Shown piece after piece: positions 12,997 to 24,203 of a stretch of 64,000 bases of DNA (the stretch's first letter is position 1; each line of letters begins with the position of its first letter). The DNA lies in NCBI GenBank assembly GCA_965178125.1, contig OZ237740.1:496001-560000 (forward strand). Reading direction: 5' to 3'. The notes under the pieces were generated by a model, which saw nothing but the letters and a program-made list of their open reading frames with translations, searched no databases and was not told where the DNA came from. The DNA comes from Bilabrum cf. latius. Its lineage: Eukaryota. The position numbers and the translations under genes were made by a program.

Positions 12997-15935
12997 GCGA
13001 GGCACACCCGCCCAGGCCCGCCAGGCTGACTTCAACAGCAAGGCGGCCTCTGACAGGCGCACACAAGCGCCATCCAGACCAAGCAAAGCTCAAGTCTATC
13101 CACTAGACGACGCGAAGCACACCCGCCCAGGCCCGCCAGGCTGACTTCAACAGCACGGCGGCTTCTGACAGGCGCACACAAGCGCCATCCAGACCAAGCA
13201 AAGCTCAAGTCTATCCACTAGACGACGCGAAGCACACCCGCCACTGACAGGCGCACGCAAGCGCCAACCAGACCAAGCAAAGCTCAAGTCTATCCACTAG
13301 ACGACGCGAAGCACACCCGCCCAGGCCCGCCAGGCTGACTTCAACAGCAAGGCGGCCTCTGACAGGCGCACACAAGCGCCATCCAGACCAAGCAAAGCTC
13401 AAGTCTATCCACTAGACGCTGTGAAGCACACCCGCCCAGGCCCGCCAGGCTGACTTCAACAGCAAGGCGGCCTCTGACAGGCGCACACAAGCGCCATCCA
13501 GACCAAGCAAAGCTCAAGTCTATCCACTTAGACGACGCGAAGCACACCCGCCCAGGCCCGCCAGGCTGACTTCAACAGCAAGGCGGCCTCTGACAGGCGC
13601 ACACAAGCGCCATCCAGACCAAGCAAAGCTCAAGTCTATCCACTAGACGACGCGAAGCACACCCGCCACTGACAGGCGCACGCAAGCGCCAACCAGACCA
13701 AGCAATGCTCAAGTCTATCCACTAGACGACGCGAAGCACACCCGCCCAGGCCCGCCAGGCTGACTTCAACAGCAAGGCGGCCTCTGACAGGCGCACACAA
13801 GCGCCATCCAGACCAAGCAAAGCTCAAGTCTATCCACTAGACGACGCGAAGCACACCCGCCCAGGCCCGCCAGGCTGACTTCAACAGCAAGGCGGCCTCT
13901 GACAGGCGCACACAAGCGCCATCCAGACCAAGCAAAGCTCAAGTCTATCCACTAGACGACGCGAAGCACACCCGCCCAGGCCCGCCAGGCTGACTTCAAC
14001 AGCAAGGCGGCCTCTGACAGGCGCACACAAGCGCCATCCAGACCAAGCAAAGCTCAAGTCTATCCACTAGACGACGCGAAGCACACCCGCCCAGGCCCGC
14101 CAGGCTGACTTCAACAGCAAGGCGGCCTCTGACAGGCGCACACAAGCGCCATCCAGACCAAGCAAAGCTCAAGTCTATCCACTAGACGACGCGAAGCACA
14201 CCCGCCCAGGCCCGCCAGGCTGACTTCAACAGCAAGGCGGCCTCTGACAGGCGCACACAAGCGCCATCCAGACCAAGCAAAGCTCAAGTCTATCCACTAG
14301 ACGACGCGAAGCACACCCGCCCAGGCCCGCCAGGCTGACTTCAACAGCAAGGCGGCCTCTGACAGGCGCACACACGCGCCATCCAGACCAAGCAAAGCTC
14401 AAGTCTATCCACTAGACGACGCGAAGCACACCCGCCCAGGCCCGCCAGGCTGACTTCAACAGCAAGGCGGCCTCTGACAGGCGCACACAAGCGCCATCCA
14501 GACCAAGCAAAGCTCAAGTCTATCCACTAGACGACGCGAAGCACACCCGCCCAGGCCCGCCAGGCTGACTTCAACAGCACGGCGGCCTCTGACAGGCGCA
14601 CACAAGCGCCATCCAGACCAAGCAAAGCTCAGGTCTATCCACTAGACGACGCGAAGCACACCCGCCCAGGCCCGCCAGGCTGACTTCAACAGCAAGGCGG
14701 CCTCTGACAGGCGCACACAAGCGCCATCCAGACCAAGCAAAGCTCAAGTCTATCCACTAGACGACGCGAAGCACACCCGTCCAGGCCCGCCAGGCTGACT
14801 TCAACAGCAAGGCGGCCTCTGACAGACGCACACAAGCGCCATCCAGACCAAGCAAAGCTCAAGTCTATCCACTAGACGACGCGAAGCACACCCGCCCAGG
14901 CCCGCCAGGCTGACTTCAACAGCAAGGCGGCCTCTGACAGGCGCACACAAGCGCCATCCAGACCAAGCAAAGCTCAGGTCTATCCACTAGACGACGCGAA
15001 GCACACCCGCCCAGGCCCGCCAGGCTGACTTCAACAGCAAGGCGGCCTCTGACAGGCGCACACAAGCGCCATCCAGACCAAGCAAAGCTCAAGTCTATCC
15101 ACTAGACGACGCGAAGCACACCCGCCCAGGCCCGCCAGGCTGACTTCAACAGCAAGGCGGCCTCTGACAGGCGCACACAAGCGCCATCCAGACCAAGCAA
15201 AGCTCAAGTCTATCCACTAGACGACGCGAAGCACACCCGCCCAGGCCCGCCAGGCTGACTTCAACAGCAAGGCGGCCTCTGACAGGCGCACACAAGCGCC
15301 ATCCAGACCAAGCAAAGCTCAAGTCTATCCACTAGACGACGCGAAGCACACCCGCCCAGGCCCGCCAGGCTGACTTCAACAGCAAGGCGGACTCTGACAG
15401 GCGCACACAAGCGCCATCCAGACCAAGCAAAGCTCAAGTCTATCCACTAGACGACGCGAAGCACACCCGCCCAGGCCCGCCAGGCTGACTTCAACAGCAA
15501 GGCGGCCTCTGACAGGCGCACACAAGCGCCATCCAGACCAAGCAAAGCTCAAGTCTATCCACTAGACGACGCGAAGCACACCCGCCCAGGCCCGCCAGGC
15601 TGACTTCAACAGCAAGGCGGCCTCTGACAGGCGCACACAAGCGCCATCCAGACCAAGCAAAGCTCAAGTCTATCCACTAGACGCTGTGAAGCACACCCGC
15701 CCAGGCCCGCCAGGCTGACTTCAACAGCAAGGCGGCCTCTGACAGGCGCACACAAGCGCCATCCAGACCAAGCAAAGCTCAAGTCTATCCACTAGACGAC
15801 GCGAAGCACACCCGCCCAGGCCCGCCAGGCTGACTTCAACAGCAAGGCGGCCTCTGACAGGCGCACACAAGCGCCATCCAGACCAAGCAAAGCTCAAGTC
15901 TATCCACTAGACGACGCGAAGCACACCCGCCCAGG
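12997..15935. repeat. Tandem satellite of ~26 units (24 of ~115 bp and 2 of 79 bp) plus a partial unit
   Basis: Unit GCACACCCGCCCAGGCCCGCCAGGCTGACTTCAACAGCAAGG...TATCCACTAGACGACGCGAA with starts spaced 115 bp. The short variants at 13232 and 13657 are 425 bp apart. Confidence 0.95.
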
Positions 15936-15950
15936 CTTACCGTCTGGTTG

Positions 15951-16698
15951 CCCAGTGCTAGAGAGTGCTACTGTCCTCAGGACTCAAGACCCAGTGATCA
16001 TTGAGTGTCCCGCCACCAGGTGTCTGTGGGACTTCCTGCCCATTTCTCAGCGCATCCTGGTGCGAGTTATACGATGGACACGTGAAGACTCCGCTACACT
16101 CACTGCTCGCACCAGCTGCCGAGACTGCGCCCCCCTGTGCTTTGCTCGCACCAGCTGCCGAGTCTGCACCCCCTTGTGCTCTGCTCGCACCAGCTGCCAA
16201 TGGACCCCCTTGTGCCCTGCTCGCCCCAGCTGCCGAGTCTGCACCAACCTGTGCTCTACTCGCACCAGCTGCCGAGTCTGCACCAACATGTGCTCTGCTC
16301 GCACCAGCTGCCGAGTCTGCACTCCACTGTGCTCATAGTGTCGTTGCCTTGTGCATCTCCCAGGCGACCGCCGAGACCGGACTTCCCGTTAAAGGCCCTT
16401 CAGGCGAGACCCCCGAACATGATAGGCGGGCGGGGAGTTGAACTCCCTCGCGCGGCCTAGCCATCGGTGAGCCTGACCATCAGGACCCGGGTTGTCGTGT
16501 ACATCGGAAATCTAATCGCCCTTCTCACTGAGTCGAGTCTACTGAGCCTGGCTGTCCCCCTGCCTGGTTACCCAGTGCTAGAGAGTGCTACTGTCCTCAG
16601 GACTCAAAACCCAGTGATCATCGAGTGTCCCGCTACCAGGTGTCTGTGGGACTTCCTGCCCATTTCTCAGCGCATCCTGGTGCGAGTCATACGATGGA
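15951..16698. repeat. ~128-bp direct repeat (15951-16078 and 16571-16698) bracketing ~6 copies of a ~39-bp minisatellite (~16103-16335)
   Basis: CCCAGTGCTAGAGAGTGCTACTGTCCTCAGGACTC...ACGATGGAC occurs twice; TGCTCGCACCAGCTGCCGAGTCTGCAC... is repeated between the copies. Confidence 0.85.
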
Positions 16699-18359
16699 CG
16701 CGCAAAACTCTGTCACTTGTGGCACTTTCTGCCTGTCCATGTCCACTCTTCTCTCCTCGTGCCCTGGCTCACTGCACCGCGTCAGCAATTCCCGCTCCAG
16801 TCGTTGTTGTGGTGGCCGGGGTGCTCATTCTGACTGTTGTCGGTGCTCCTCCAAGCTCGATGCACGACGCAGCCGCCCCCCCCCAGATGTGGAGCCCCCG
16901 CTGCCCGTACTCCCCAGGCCTAGCCCCCCCCACCTGTCCCTGCCATCGCCCAGAGGATCGCTATATGAGGCCCCCTCGTGCTCGGCACAACACGATCGCA
17001 TATTCTAGTTCCTTCTATTCCTTCCCGGCCAGCCGCTCGCTTTTTGGCCAGCCGCTCGCTGCATTTCGCCCGCCCTGCGCTCCGCTGCACTCGTCATCCG
17101 CGCCGCCGGCTTGCCCTGTTTGTTCTGCCCCCTGGGATCCCACCTTGTTCGACTATGCACGAATACATAGAGTACTTATTGTTCTCAATGCTTGCGGGAT
17201 GCCGTCATGAAACTGGGAAAGTGAATCGGCAATGGCGCCGGCTTTTCGTTGTGCCGGCAGCGAACAGTCACCACCCCAGTTTGGACGTCCGAGCGCACCG
17301 CAGCACATCCACAGATCTCCGCTATACCCTAAAATATCCACGTATTTGAGCCATGTGGTAAGGTGCCCAGCGGAGGATTGTGGCGTGGACGTGACGCATT
17401 CCAATGGGGCACACTAACACTAGGCTGTCGAAATTCAGCTAAGCGTCAAAATTACCGCGCCACTGCAGTCTCAACCGCCATCAACCTGACAAAATGCAAA
17501 CGTGTATTCAGAATAGAGAATTATCTGAAGACGAAAGCGTAGTTTGCCCCTTGGAAGAGGAATCGCCCAGACAATACCACATAGCGCGTCACGCAGCCCA
17601 CCGCATATAGACTGTCAGGCGAAACGCAGCGGAAACTGCTTAAAAAATGGTGTCATCGACAGCATTATAATACTCATTGCTGCGGCACATAGCTGCGGAC
17701 GGTGATTGTGCCCTGAGCTGCCGTCGCATCTTGGCGTCGCAGGCCGTGCCAGAGAAGAAAGCTACTGGCTTGGGCTGCTTCTGTATTTCTTTGCTAATCC
17801 CGTCTAGCGCAGAGGCTGCTCTCTCTCTTTCCCCAGTGTAGACTCGAACCGGAATGACACCTCGCCGGTCGATCACAGGATCACGCCAGTATCAGCTGAA
17901 CGTTCGCGAACGAACAGCTGACCCTGCCCGGAGGTAAGCAGGAAGGAGTGGTAGCAACTGTGCGGAAGTGGGAGCGCTAGATTGCGAAAGCAGCGACGCA
18001 CTACCGTGAGTCCAGGCTGGACACCATTTATACCAGCCTGTGCTTGGTCCAGCCTGTGCGAGCGGATGTGGCAAAAGCTCTCGCAAGCTCGTGCTGCTGA
18101 GTTTGCGGGTGGTGCCACGGAGGAGCAGGTAGCTGACATCGGAGCTAATGGACTTCAGTAGGGGTACGATCCCAACGAAGCGCCAAGAAATTCTTTTTCC
18201 ACCCGCCCGGGCCCGGAGATGTCGTTGTGTGTCTCCACTGGTGGACAAATCCATCGGTGGATTCAGGCACATGGCGACGGCTCTGTGTTCTATGTCATGT
18301 CTGGTTGTAATTGGGTGGTTGAGTCTAAAAAAGAAGCTTTCATGGAGGTCACGATCTCA

Positions 18360-21300
18360 GTTGAAGAACCAGAATACAACAATAATTTGTAGGGTAAAGA
18401 AACCAGAATACCAGATTCTGGTAACCAGAATAATTTGTAGGGTAAAGAAACCACACAAAGTAATGTGCAACCACGAATGGCTGTCACACCCCCAAGGTGG
18501 GGCCATCAAAGATGACCTCAGAGAACAACGCGATCAAAAGACCCGCAGCCCCCCCCTAGAGCAAAGGCCAAAGCCTCAAAAGAAAGCAAAAGAAAGAAGA
18601 ACCCCTCGTCCCAAAGAGGATTTCCGAAACATCATGGTGCTACACATACCGAGACGATCACCCTGAGACTCAGCCACTCATCCACCAAAGGACCAGAGGG
18701 AAGGAGAGTGAGCCCGAGCCATCCTCGTAAGGACAGCCGGACCGTCGACACATGCCATCCGCCACCAGCGGGACGTCCATGTACGACGTAGCTACTCCCT
18801 TTCACGCAAGACACAGCGAAGCGAAGTCGCCATCTCACGCGCCCAGATCCTCTCAAGAGTGTGCATGAGCCCTCTAGGGCGAGCCACACGATGTCCCCTG
18901 CGATCCTGAGCTCGCATTGCAGCATACAGGTCATCCGATGAGCTCGCAGTCCAGCCTCGCACCGAGGCCCCAGTCCACCACCTGCAGGCAGTCCAGGACG
19001 GAAACGTTCTGATCTTTACACTCAGCTCATCAACCACCAGTGTCGCAAGCCGTACCAATCCAACAGAGGCGCTAGAGCGGGCAATTGCTCGGCGCATCTT
19101 GGGAATGGTTCGCTCAGCAGCAGCGACTCCACGCCTGTCCTGCTCCAGAGGTTGTGGGTGAGGTTCAAGACGTAGGCCATGGTCCGCCCATGCCTTCCTT
19201 ATCTTGCCCTTCTCCTCTGAAGTTCGACTGGCCCAGTCACCGGAGACCCACTCTGCCTGAAGACCACGTGACTGCAGCGATGACTCTCGGCGAGTCATCT
19301 CCACAGCCACCTTGAAAAAAGAAACTTTGGGGGGGGTCTGATATTTTGTGGACTCAACTCAAAAGCGCACGCTATCACGAAGAAACATCTGGAACGAGGG
19401 CCCGGGACATACCAGACTTCACGCTTCAGCTGCAATGGCCTAAACCACCTAAGCTCCACCCGGGGGACCCATTTCCCCCTGGGGAGCGTCAGCATTCACG
19501 TTCCCTCCGGCGCCCGCTGCCGGCACCCCGCCCTGCTGCCCGTTCTGAGCCAACCCTGCCTTGACGTTGGCGATCGCCACGGCGAGGTTGTTGTTTTCGG
19601 CTGCCCCTACAGCCAGGCTGGCAAAGTCCTCCCGGACCGCCCTTGCGAGCGCCCGTTTGGCCTTCGCTGCAGCCCTCCTCGATCCCTTCGAGACAAAATC
19701 GAGGATCCTTGAGTGGTCCTGCATGACCCGTGAGTACATAGTGTGGTACACACGCTGTTCCCCGCGCACGTGCTGGTGCTAGGCGGCCACGGAGAGGCGA
19801 GCCTTTGCCACAGAAGACCACGAGAGGCGTGCGTTGGCCGGACGAGTCGAAACCCGCCGCCCTTTGTCCTCCTACCTCTTCTTCCGCAACTTGTCGAGCA
19901 CCTGCAGGAACTCGACCGACTTCTCCCCGATTCCCCCCAACACGTCCACCACAAAGGGTACGACCCGCACGCCACTGCGTACCGCCCCTTTCTGCGTCCT
20001 CACGGTCCCAGGACACCACTTGTCTTCTCCTCCGATCCGGACGCCGAGCGCTCCGAGGTCGACGGGCCTGCCGTAGCTGGCCAGCTTCGTGGCATGCGCG
20101 GCCCGCAAAGCAGACCCCTCTTGCCAGTCGCTGCCAATCCTCCACGACGAGCGGTCCCACCGGTAAGTTGCCGCAGTGGAATCAACCACCGTGACATCGA
20201 TGAGATAAGCCGTCCCCTCGTGCTCAAAGAATAGGTCGCCTCGTGGCACGAGCGGACCGCGCCGACCCGGCAGCCGGGCCACTTGGCCCTCTGGCTCCCG
20301 GATAGGGCGTCTGCCCGTGGCCTCGCGGACCACCTGCTCGAGCACGTTGAGCACCCGGAAGTGCCTGCGGCCTGAAAGGCCTCCGCAGACACGCTTGTCC
20401 TTGCACGTGGCACCGTGGCGAACTGACTAGATCAGTTCGACTACCTTGCCCTGCTTCCGGCACCCCGGGCAGATCTGCGTGACGCGCCACGCCTCCCCAC
20501 ATGCACCGTGCGTTGCCCCAAGAGGTTGTGGGGGACAGCTGCACGGCTATGGGATGGCGAGACGTTGGCAGAACATGCCCCGGGCGTCTTCAGGCTGGAC
20601 TCGGCTCAGGACAGAGAGCGGCGCATGCAGCCAAGACCCGGCTCCTTGGGACCTGGCGGCGCGGATTGTGGCTCGCGCCACTCCTGCGTACTCTCTGGTG
20701 ACTGCATCGACTGGAGCGAGTCTGTCGTGCGCAAGCGGAGATGAGGCATCCCAGAGGAGCCTCTCCACCTGCACTCGCTCAGCCAGTGCCGTCACATGGC
20801 TCTGGTTGTGCCCTCCTGCGGCACCTTCGAGAAAACGAATAACCGCCTGCGATGCGGTGGGTGCCGGCTGCTCCCCAGCCAGCTGCCTCGTCACCCATGC
20901 CCGAAGGTCCTTCACCTCCAGGCGCCAGGGTTCAGTGGCCCCACCGCACAGCTCCATACGGGCTGCCTTCTCGGCTGGGCTGCCCAGGAGTTCCGAAGTG
21001 CGGGCTGTGTCCCACACCATACCATAGCGTGGGGGGACGTCAGCCTCCGGAACAAGTGGAAGCAACGGACTCGGGAAACCAGCCATCCCGAAATTGTCTT
21101 GCTTCCCCTCTTGTACGAGTCTCCCGTACTTCGAGATTGCGGTCATCACAGTGTCCACAAGGGAGTTCAGGCGCGCGGTGCGCCCTCGCAGTGGGTTCAG
21201 CAGAGGGGGTGCCTCCCCGGCACCTGCCGCCGCACCTTCCCCGACCTCCTCCGCCGGGTCCCACTGGTTGAGCGCCACCTGCAGGTGTGGCAGGTTGAAG

Positions 21301-21908
21301 TCGCGTGCTACCCTCGCCAACCAGGGCCACACATCCAACAACCCCCCGACGCACATTGCCTCCCGGGTTAAATCGGCAGGCACGAGCCCCACTCCGAGAC
21401 CCCCACGGGCAACGGATAGCGGACCCAGCACGTCCAACACCTGTCTCTGGGCCTGCGAGAGAGCGCTTACACGCATCCCTGTCAGGAACTCCAGAAACGC
21501 TCCCTACACTTCCTTCAAATGGGGTGTCACCCCGTCCTTGAGCTCGGGCAAGAGGCACCCGCTCCTGTGCACGTGTGTCCACGCCGGCACTACGCACCGG
21601 GCAAACAGTGCGCGCGCACTGATTGGGTCCAGGTAGGCCAGGCGAAAAGCCTGAACCACCGTCTCTTCCAAGCGTCCCTTCAAGACTTGTTCGGCCACTC
21701 CGACTTCGGTCCCTACCGGGACGCCCAGGATCCTCAGCCCATGCTCGTGGACCACTCCTTCGAGCCTATCCTCCTGGTCTGGCGCCAATAGGTGGACCAG
21801 GCGCTAATAGGTGGCTCGGGAGGGGGAGAAGAACGACGTTTTCTTCTAGTTGAGGGAGAGGCCGACGTCCCCCAACTTCCCCTCCAACGTGGCGATGGCT
21901 GCCCTGAC
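18360..21908 (-). mobile_element. 5'-truncated CRE-like RLE non-LTR retrotransposon
   Basis: Contains the ORF below. The 5' break is inside the RT domain (~21908). The 3' UTR boundary is uncertain; a short direct repeat lies at 18381-18453. Confidence 0.8.
19419..21908 (-). CDS. RT C-terminus/thumb + CCHC zinc knuckle + restriction-like endonuclease (partial, ~830 codons, 9 in-frame TAG)
   Basis: One frame: GLSLN(TAG)KKT, LRILGVPVG, GAGSWLHAPL...RLAIP, CPGC...HGATC, RRH, RGDL...LIDVTV, K..SY, VVPFVVDVLGG, RLSVAA(TAG). Ends at TGA 19419-19421 with no internal TAA or TGA. Confidence 0.85.
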
Positions 21909-22010
21909 AAAGAAACTTTCGATAGGTTTTGTTGTGTGTGATTTTCTCAATACGTTATTATCGGGACTTTCGGAAAAGGATCTTCATTCTACCAGACCTC
22001 TTCTCATACA

Positions 22011-23420
22011 ATGGCTGGAGTCGCAGGAGCACCTGAAGCCGATAAATCCAGTCATTCAAGTGACGGCAGGAAGGTGAGCGCCACTTCTCATGCGGATGAT
22101 TGGGTGGATGAATCGCTGATTGCAGACGATGGATGCGAAGCCGTCTCAATCGGTGATGTGAAGTGGGAAATGTTGAAAACTCGCATGATTGGATTCAACA
22201 CTTTAGATCATGTGACTGGCATGCCGGAAGGGTGCGCCCTGACCAAGGTGTGCACGTTCGATGGGGAGAAGCTCGAGGTTTTCGATACTTCGTCTGGCAA
22301 GGTGGTCGCCACGATCAAGCTTGAACATGAAGGAGACACAAACTACGACATGTTCTACATTCCCCGATCTGGCATCTTCACATTAATCGACGCGAGGGTA
22401 GACCACGTTAACCTGCACAAACTCGAAGCAACCGAGCTGCCTGGCTCAAAAGGCTACTGCTCCAGGCCCGGAGTACTTGATCGTGCATCCGGCGACCAGC
22501 TGCGCCCATGGGCAAATTTCGAGATGTACTGCTATTCAGCAACGACTGGTGCTAAGACCACGATCGAGGCAGCAGAGGTGCAGGCCACCGTTCCGCTCGA
22601 ATCTGAGCTTCTGGAACGCAAGCCGCTCGTTACCCGAGTCCACAGGACGCTGACGGAGCCCATCAGGGGCATGTCTGTGACAAAGGAGCGTCTCGTTGGA
22701 TGCACCGTCCCAGCACACTACATCAGGCTGCAGGATGGTCGAATCGCAGCATGGACCGATCAAGGGGAGCCGTACGGCGGTCTGACCGTGTGGGACATGG
22801 CGACCAAGAAGGCCCTCTTCGCCGCTGACTGCTTCCTGCTGGAAGACAACCCGAAATGCGAGGACTGGGAAGAGATTTGGGACGACAATGGAGAGACAGA
22901 AGGCACCCTTGTGCAGGTGGGTCCCTCCATGGTGGCCCTACTGTTGCAGAAGCACAAGTACGGCATCGTGCTCATCGACGTTGATCGCATGGAGCAAGTG
23001 GGGCTGGCAGCGGAGGGCGAGCACATCCACCTGGCCGAGGCCGTGCATGTGGAGGGCATGGACCATGCCATGCTGGTGGCTGGCACCGTGAGTCCTGGTA
23101 AACTGCAGGTTTGGTGTCCTGTGGATGGTGACGCAGGTTGGTTCAAGAAGCAGCAGGAGGTTGAGCTCGGCAAGAAGGTGACGGGAGTGACGGCTCTGAA
23201 GGCAATTCCGGGGGGCAAGCTGCTCGTGTCTGCACGTCAGGGGGAGTTCAACGATAAGTTTTTTGAGGACCACCACTTCAAGTGCTTCGAGCTGAAGGGT
23301 GTCAAGGTGAAGCTGTCGGCTGCGACTGAGCCCATTGATGATGAGACTGCTACAGCCGGTGTAGGCGGTAGCATGCTGCTTCAGGCGGTGAAGGCGCACG
23401 CTGAATCTGGTTCTTGCTGA
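22011..23420 (+). CDS. Beta-propeller (WD40-like) protein, 469 aa, copy 2
   Basis: Intact ORF ending TGA, with blade-like segments RLQDGRIAAW, LTVWDMATKK, LQVWCP and VTALKAIPGGKLLVSA. Paralog at 37369-38778. The fold call is by eye. Confidence 0.75.
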   Translation: MAGVAGAPEADKSSHSSDGRKVSATSHADDWVDESLIADDGCEAVSIGDVKWEMLKTRMIGFNTLDHVTGMPEGCALTKVCTFDGEKLEVFDTSSGKVVATIKLEHEGDTNYDMFYIPRSGIFTLIDARVDHVNLHKLEATELPGSKGYCSRPGVLDRASGDQLRPWANFEMYCYSATTGAKTTIEAAEVQATVPLESELLERKPLVTRVHRTLTEPIRGMSVTKERLVGCTVPAHYIRLQDGRIAAWTDQGEPYGGLTVWDMATKKALFAADCFLLEDNPKCEDWEEIWDDNGETEGTLVQVGPSMVALLLQKHKYGIVLIDVDRMEQVGLAAEGEHIHLAEAVHVEGMDHAMLVAGTVSPGKLQVWCPVDGDAGWFKKQQEVELGKKVTGVTALKAIPGGKLLVSARQGEFNDKFFEDHHFKCFELKGVKVKLSAATEPIDDETATAGVGGSMLLQAVKAHAESGSC

Positions 23421-23604
23421 TCCGGAATTCGGATTCCGAATTCCGGACCTGAGAGATTTAGACCAGCAACAAGCTTTACCCCGAGCAGGTCTGCCTTGCT
23501 TTCAATTTAAAATTGTAAATCATGCTACAAGACCTGGCTGATAAATCGCACGTAGATCTATTCGGATCTGATCCGGATTGGAAAAAGCTCATTCTAGCCC
23601 ATCC

Positions 23605-24185
23605 AGTATCTCAAAAGCGACCTCCCATCATGGATGCTGCAGCGCGCCACGCACTCACAGCCCCCTTGCCCCCAGCCCATCTCAAAAGCGACCTCCCATC
23701 ATGGATGCTGCAGTGCACCACGCACTCACGCAGCAACCTTGCTCCCAGCCCGATTCAAAAGCGACCTCCCATCATGGATGCTGCAGTGCACCGCGCACTC
23801 ACGGCCCCCTTGCCCCCAGCCCATCTCAAAAGCGACCTCCCATCATGGATGCTGCAGCGCGCCACGCACTCACAGCCCCCTTGCCCCCAGCCCATCTCAA
23901 AAGCGACCTCCCATCATGGATGCTGCAGTGCACCGCGCACTCACGCAGCAACCTTGCTCCCAGCCCGATTCAAAAGCGACCTCCCATCATGGATGCTGCA
24001 GCGCGCCACGCACTCACGCAGCAACCTTGCCCCCAGCCCGATTCAAAAGCGACCTCCCATCATGGATGCTGCAGCGCGCCACGCACTCACGCAGCAACCT
24101 TGCCCCCAGCCCGATTCAAAAGCGACCTCCCATCATGGATGCTTCAGTGCACCACACACTCACGGCCCCCTGCCCCAAACCCAAC
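23605..24185. repeat. Tandem array of 8 units of 71/73 bp between convergent 3' ends
   Basis: CAAAAGCGACCTCCCATCATGGATGCTGCAG... starts at 23612, 23683, 23756, 23827, 23898, 23971, 24044 and 24117. Confidence 0.92.
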
Positions 24186-24203
24186 CAGAAGTGATGTGAC
24201 CTC

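Larger units (their letters stand above)
11854..17932 (-). mobile_element. Non-autonomous Ngaro-like (split direct repeat, tyrosine recombinase) retroelement
   Basis: On the minus strand the repeats run A1 (17751-17932) ... B1 (12320-12468), A2 (12138-12319), B2 (11854-12002). The B1/A2 junction (CCCG-GA-TCCTG) reproduces the joined termini. There is a shared GA at both ends, no longer target-site duplication, and a YR remnant just upstream of B1. No RT/RNase H recognisable. Confidence 0.8.
10925..18330 (+). mobile_element. Degenerate, 5'-truncated, internally deleted RLE-type non-LTR retrotransposon, split by a nested element at 11854-17932
   Basis: RT motifs GVPQGSPLSSGLFCLAL...ISDDIFI...LHLPVNPSETTFF (10941-11225). 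RLE motif RPDLVV...IIIDV (11462-11520) and FQPVVFLHTG...LNRLAKIRKAR (to 11853). The frame resumes at 17933 (GKQEGVVATVRKWER-TAG-IAKAA...) and ends at TGA 18098-18100. Frameshifts are present and the 3' boundary is approximate. Confidence 0.75.

Noticed and set aside
12997-15935. CRISPR array interpretation of this array and the 67-bp and 71/73-bp arrays
   Set aside because: The units are wholly repeated with no unique spacers, there are no cas genes, and the context is eukaryotic.
15958-17210. Intact gag-like ORF in the Ngaro-like element
   Set aside because: Even with TAG read as Gln, the minus-strand frames are broken by TGA/TAA and frameshifts, and no zinc knuckle is seen.
18792-19310. 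172-aa ORF downstream of the CRE-like ORF as a second element gene
   Set aside because: It has no recognisable motif and could be chance in a GC-rich 3' UTR; it cannot be supported without other copies.
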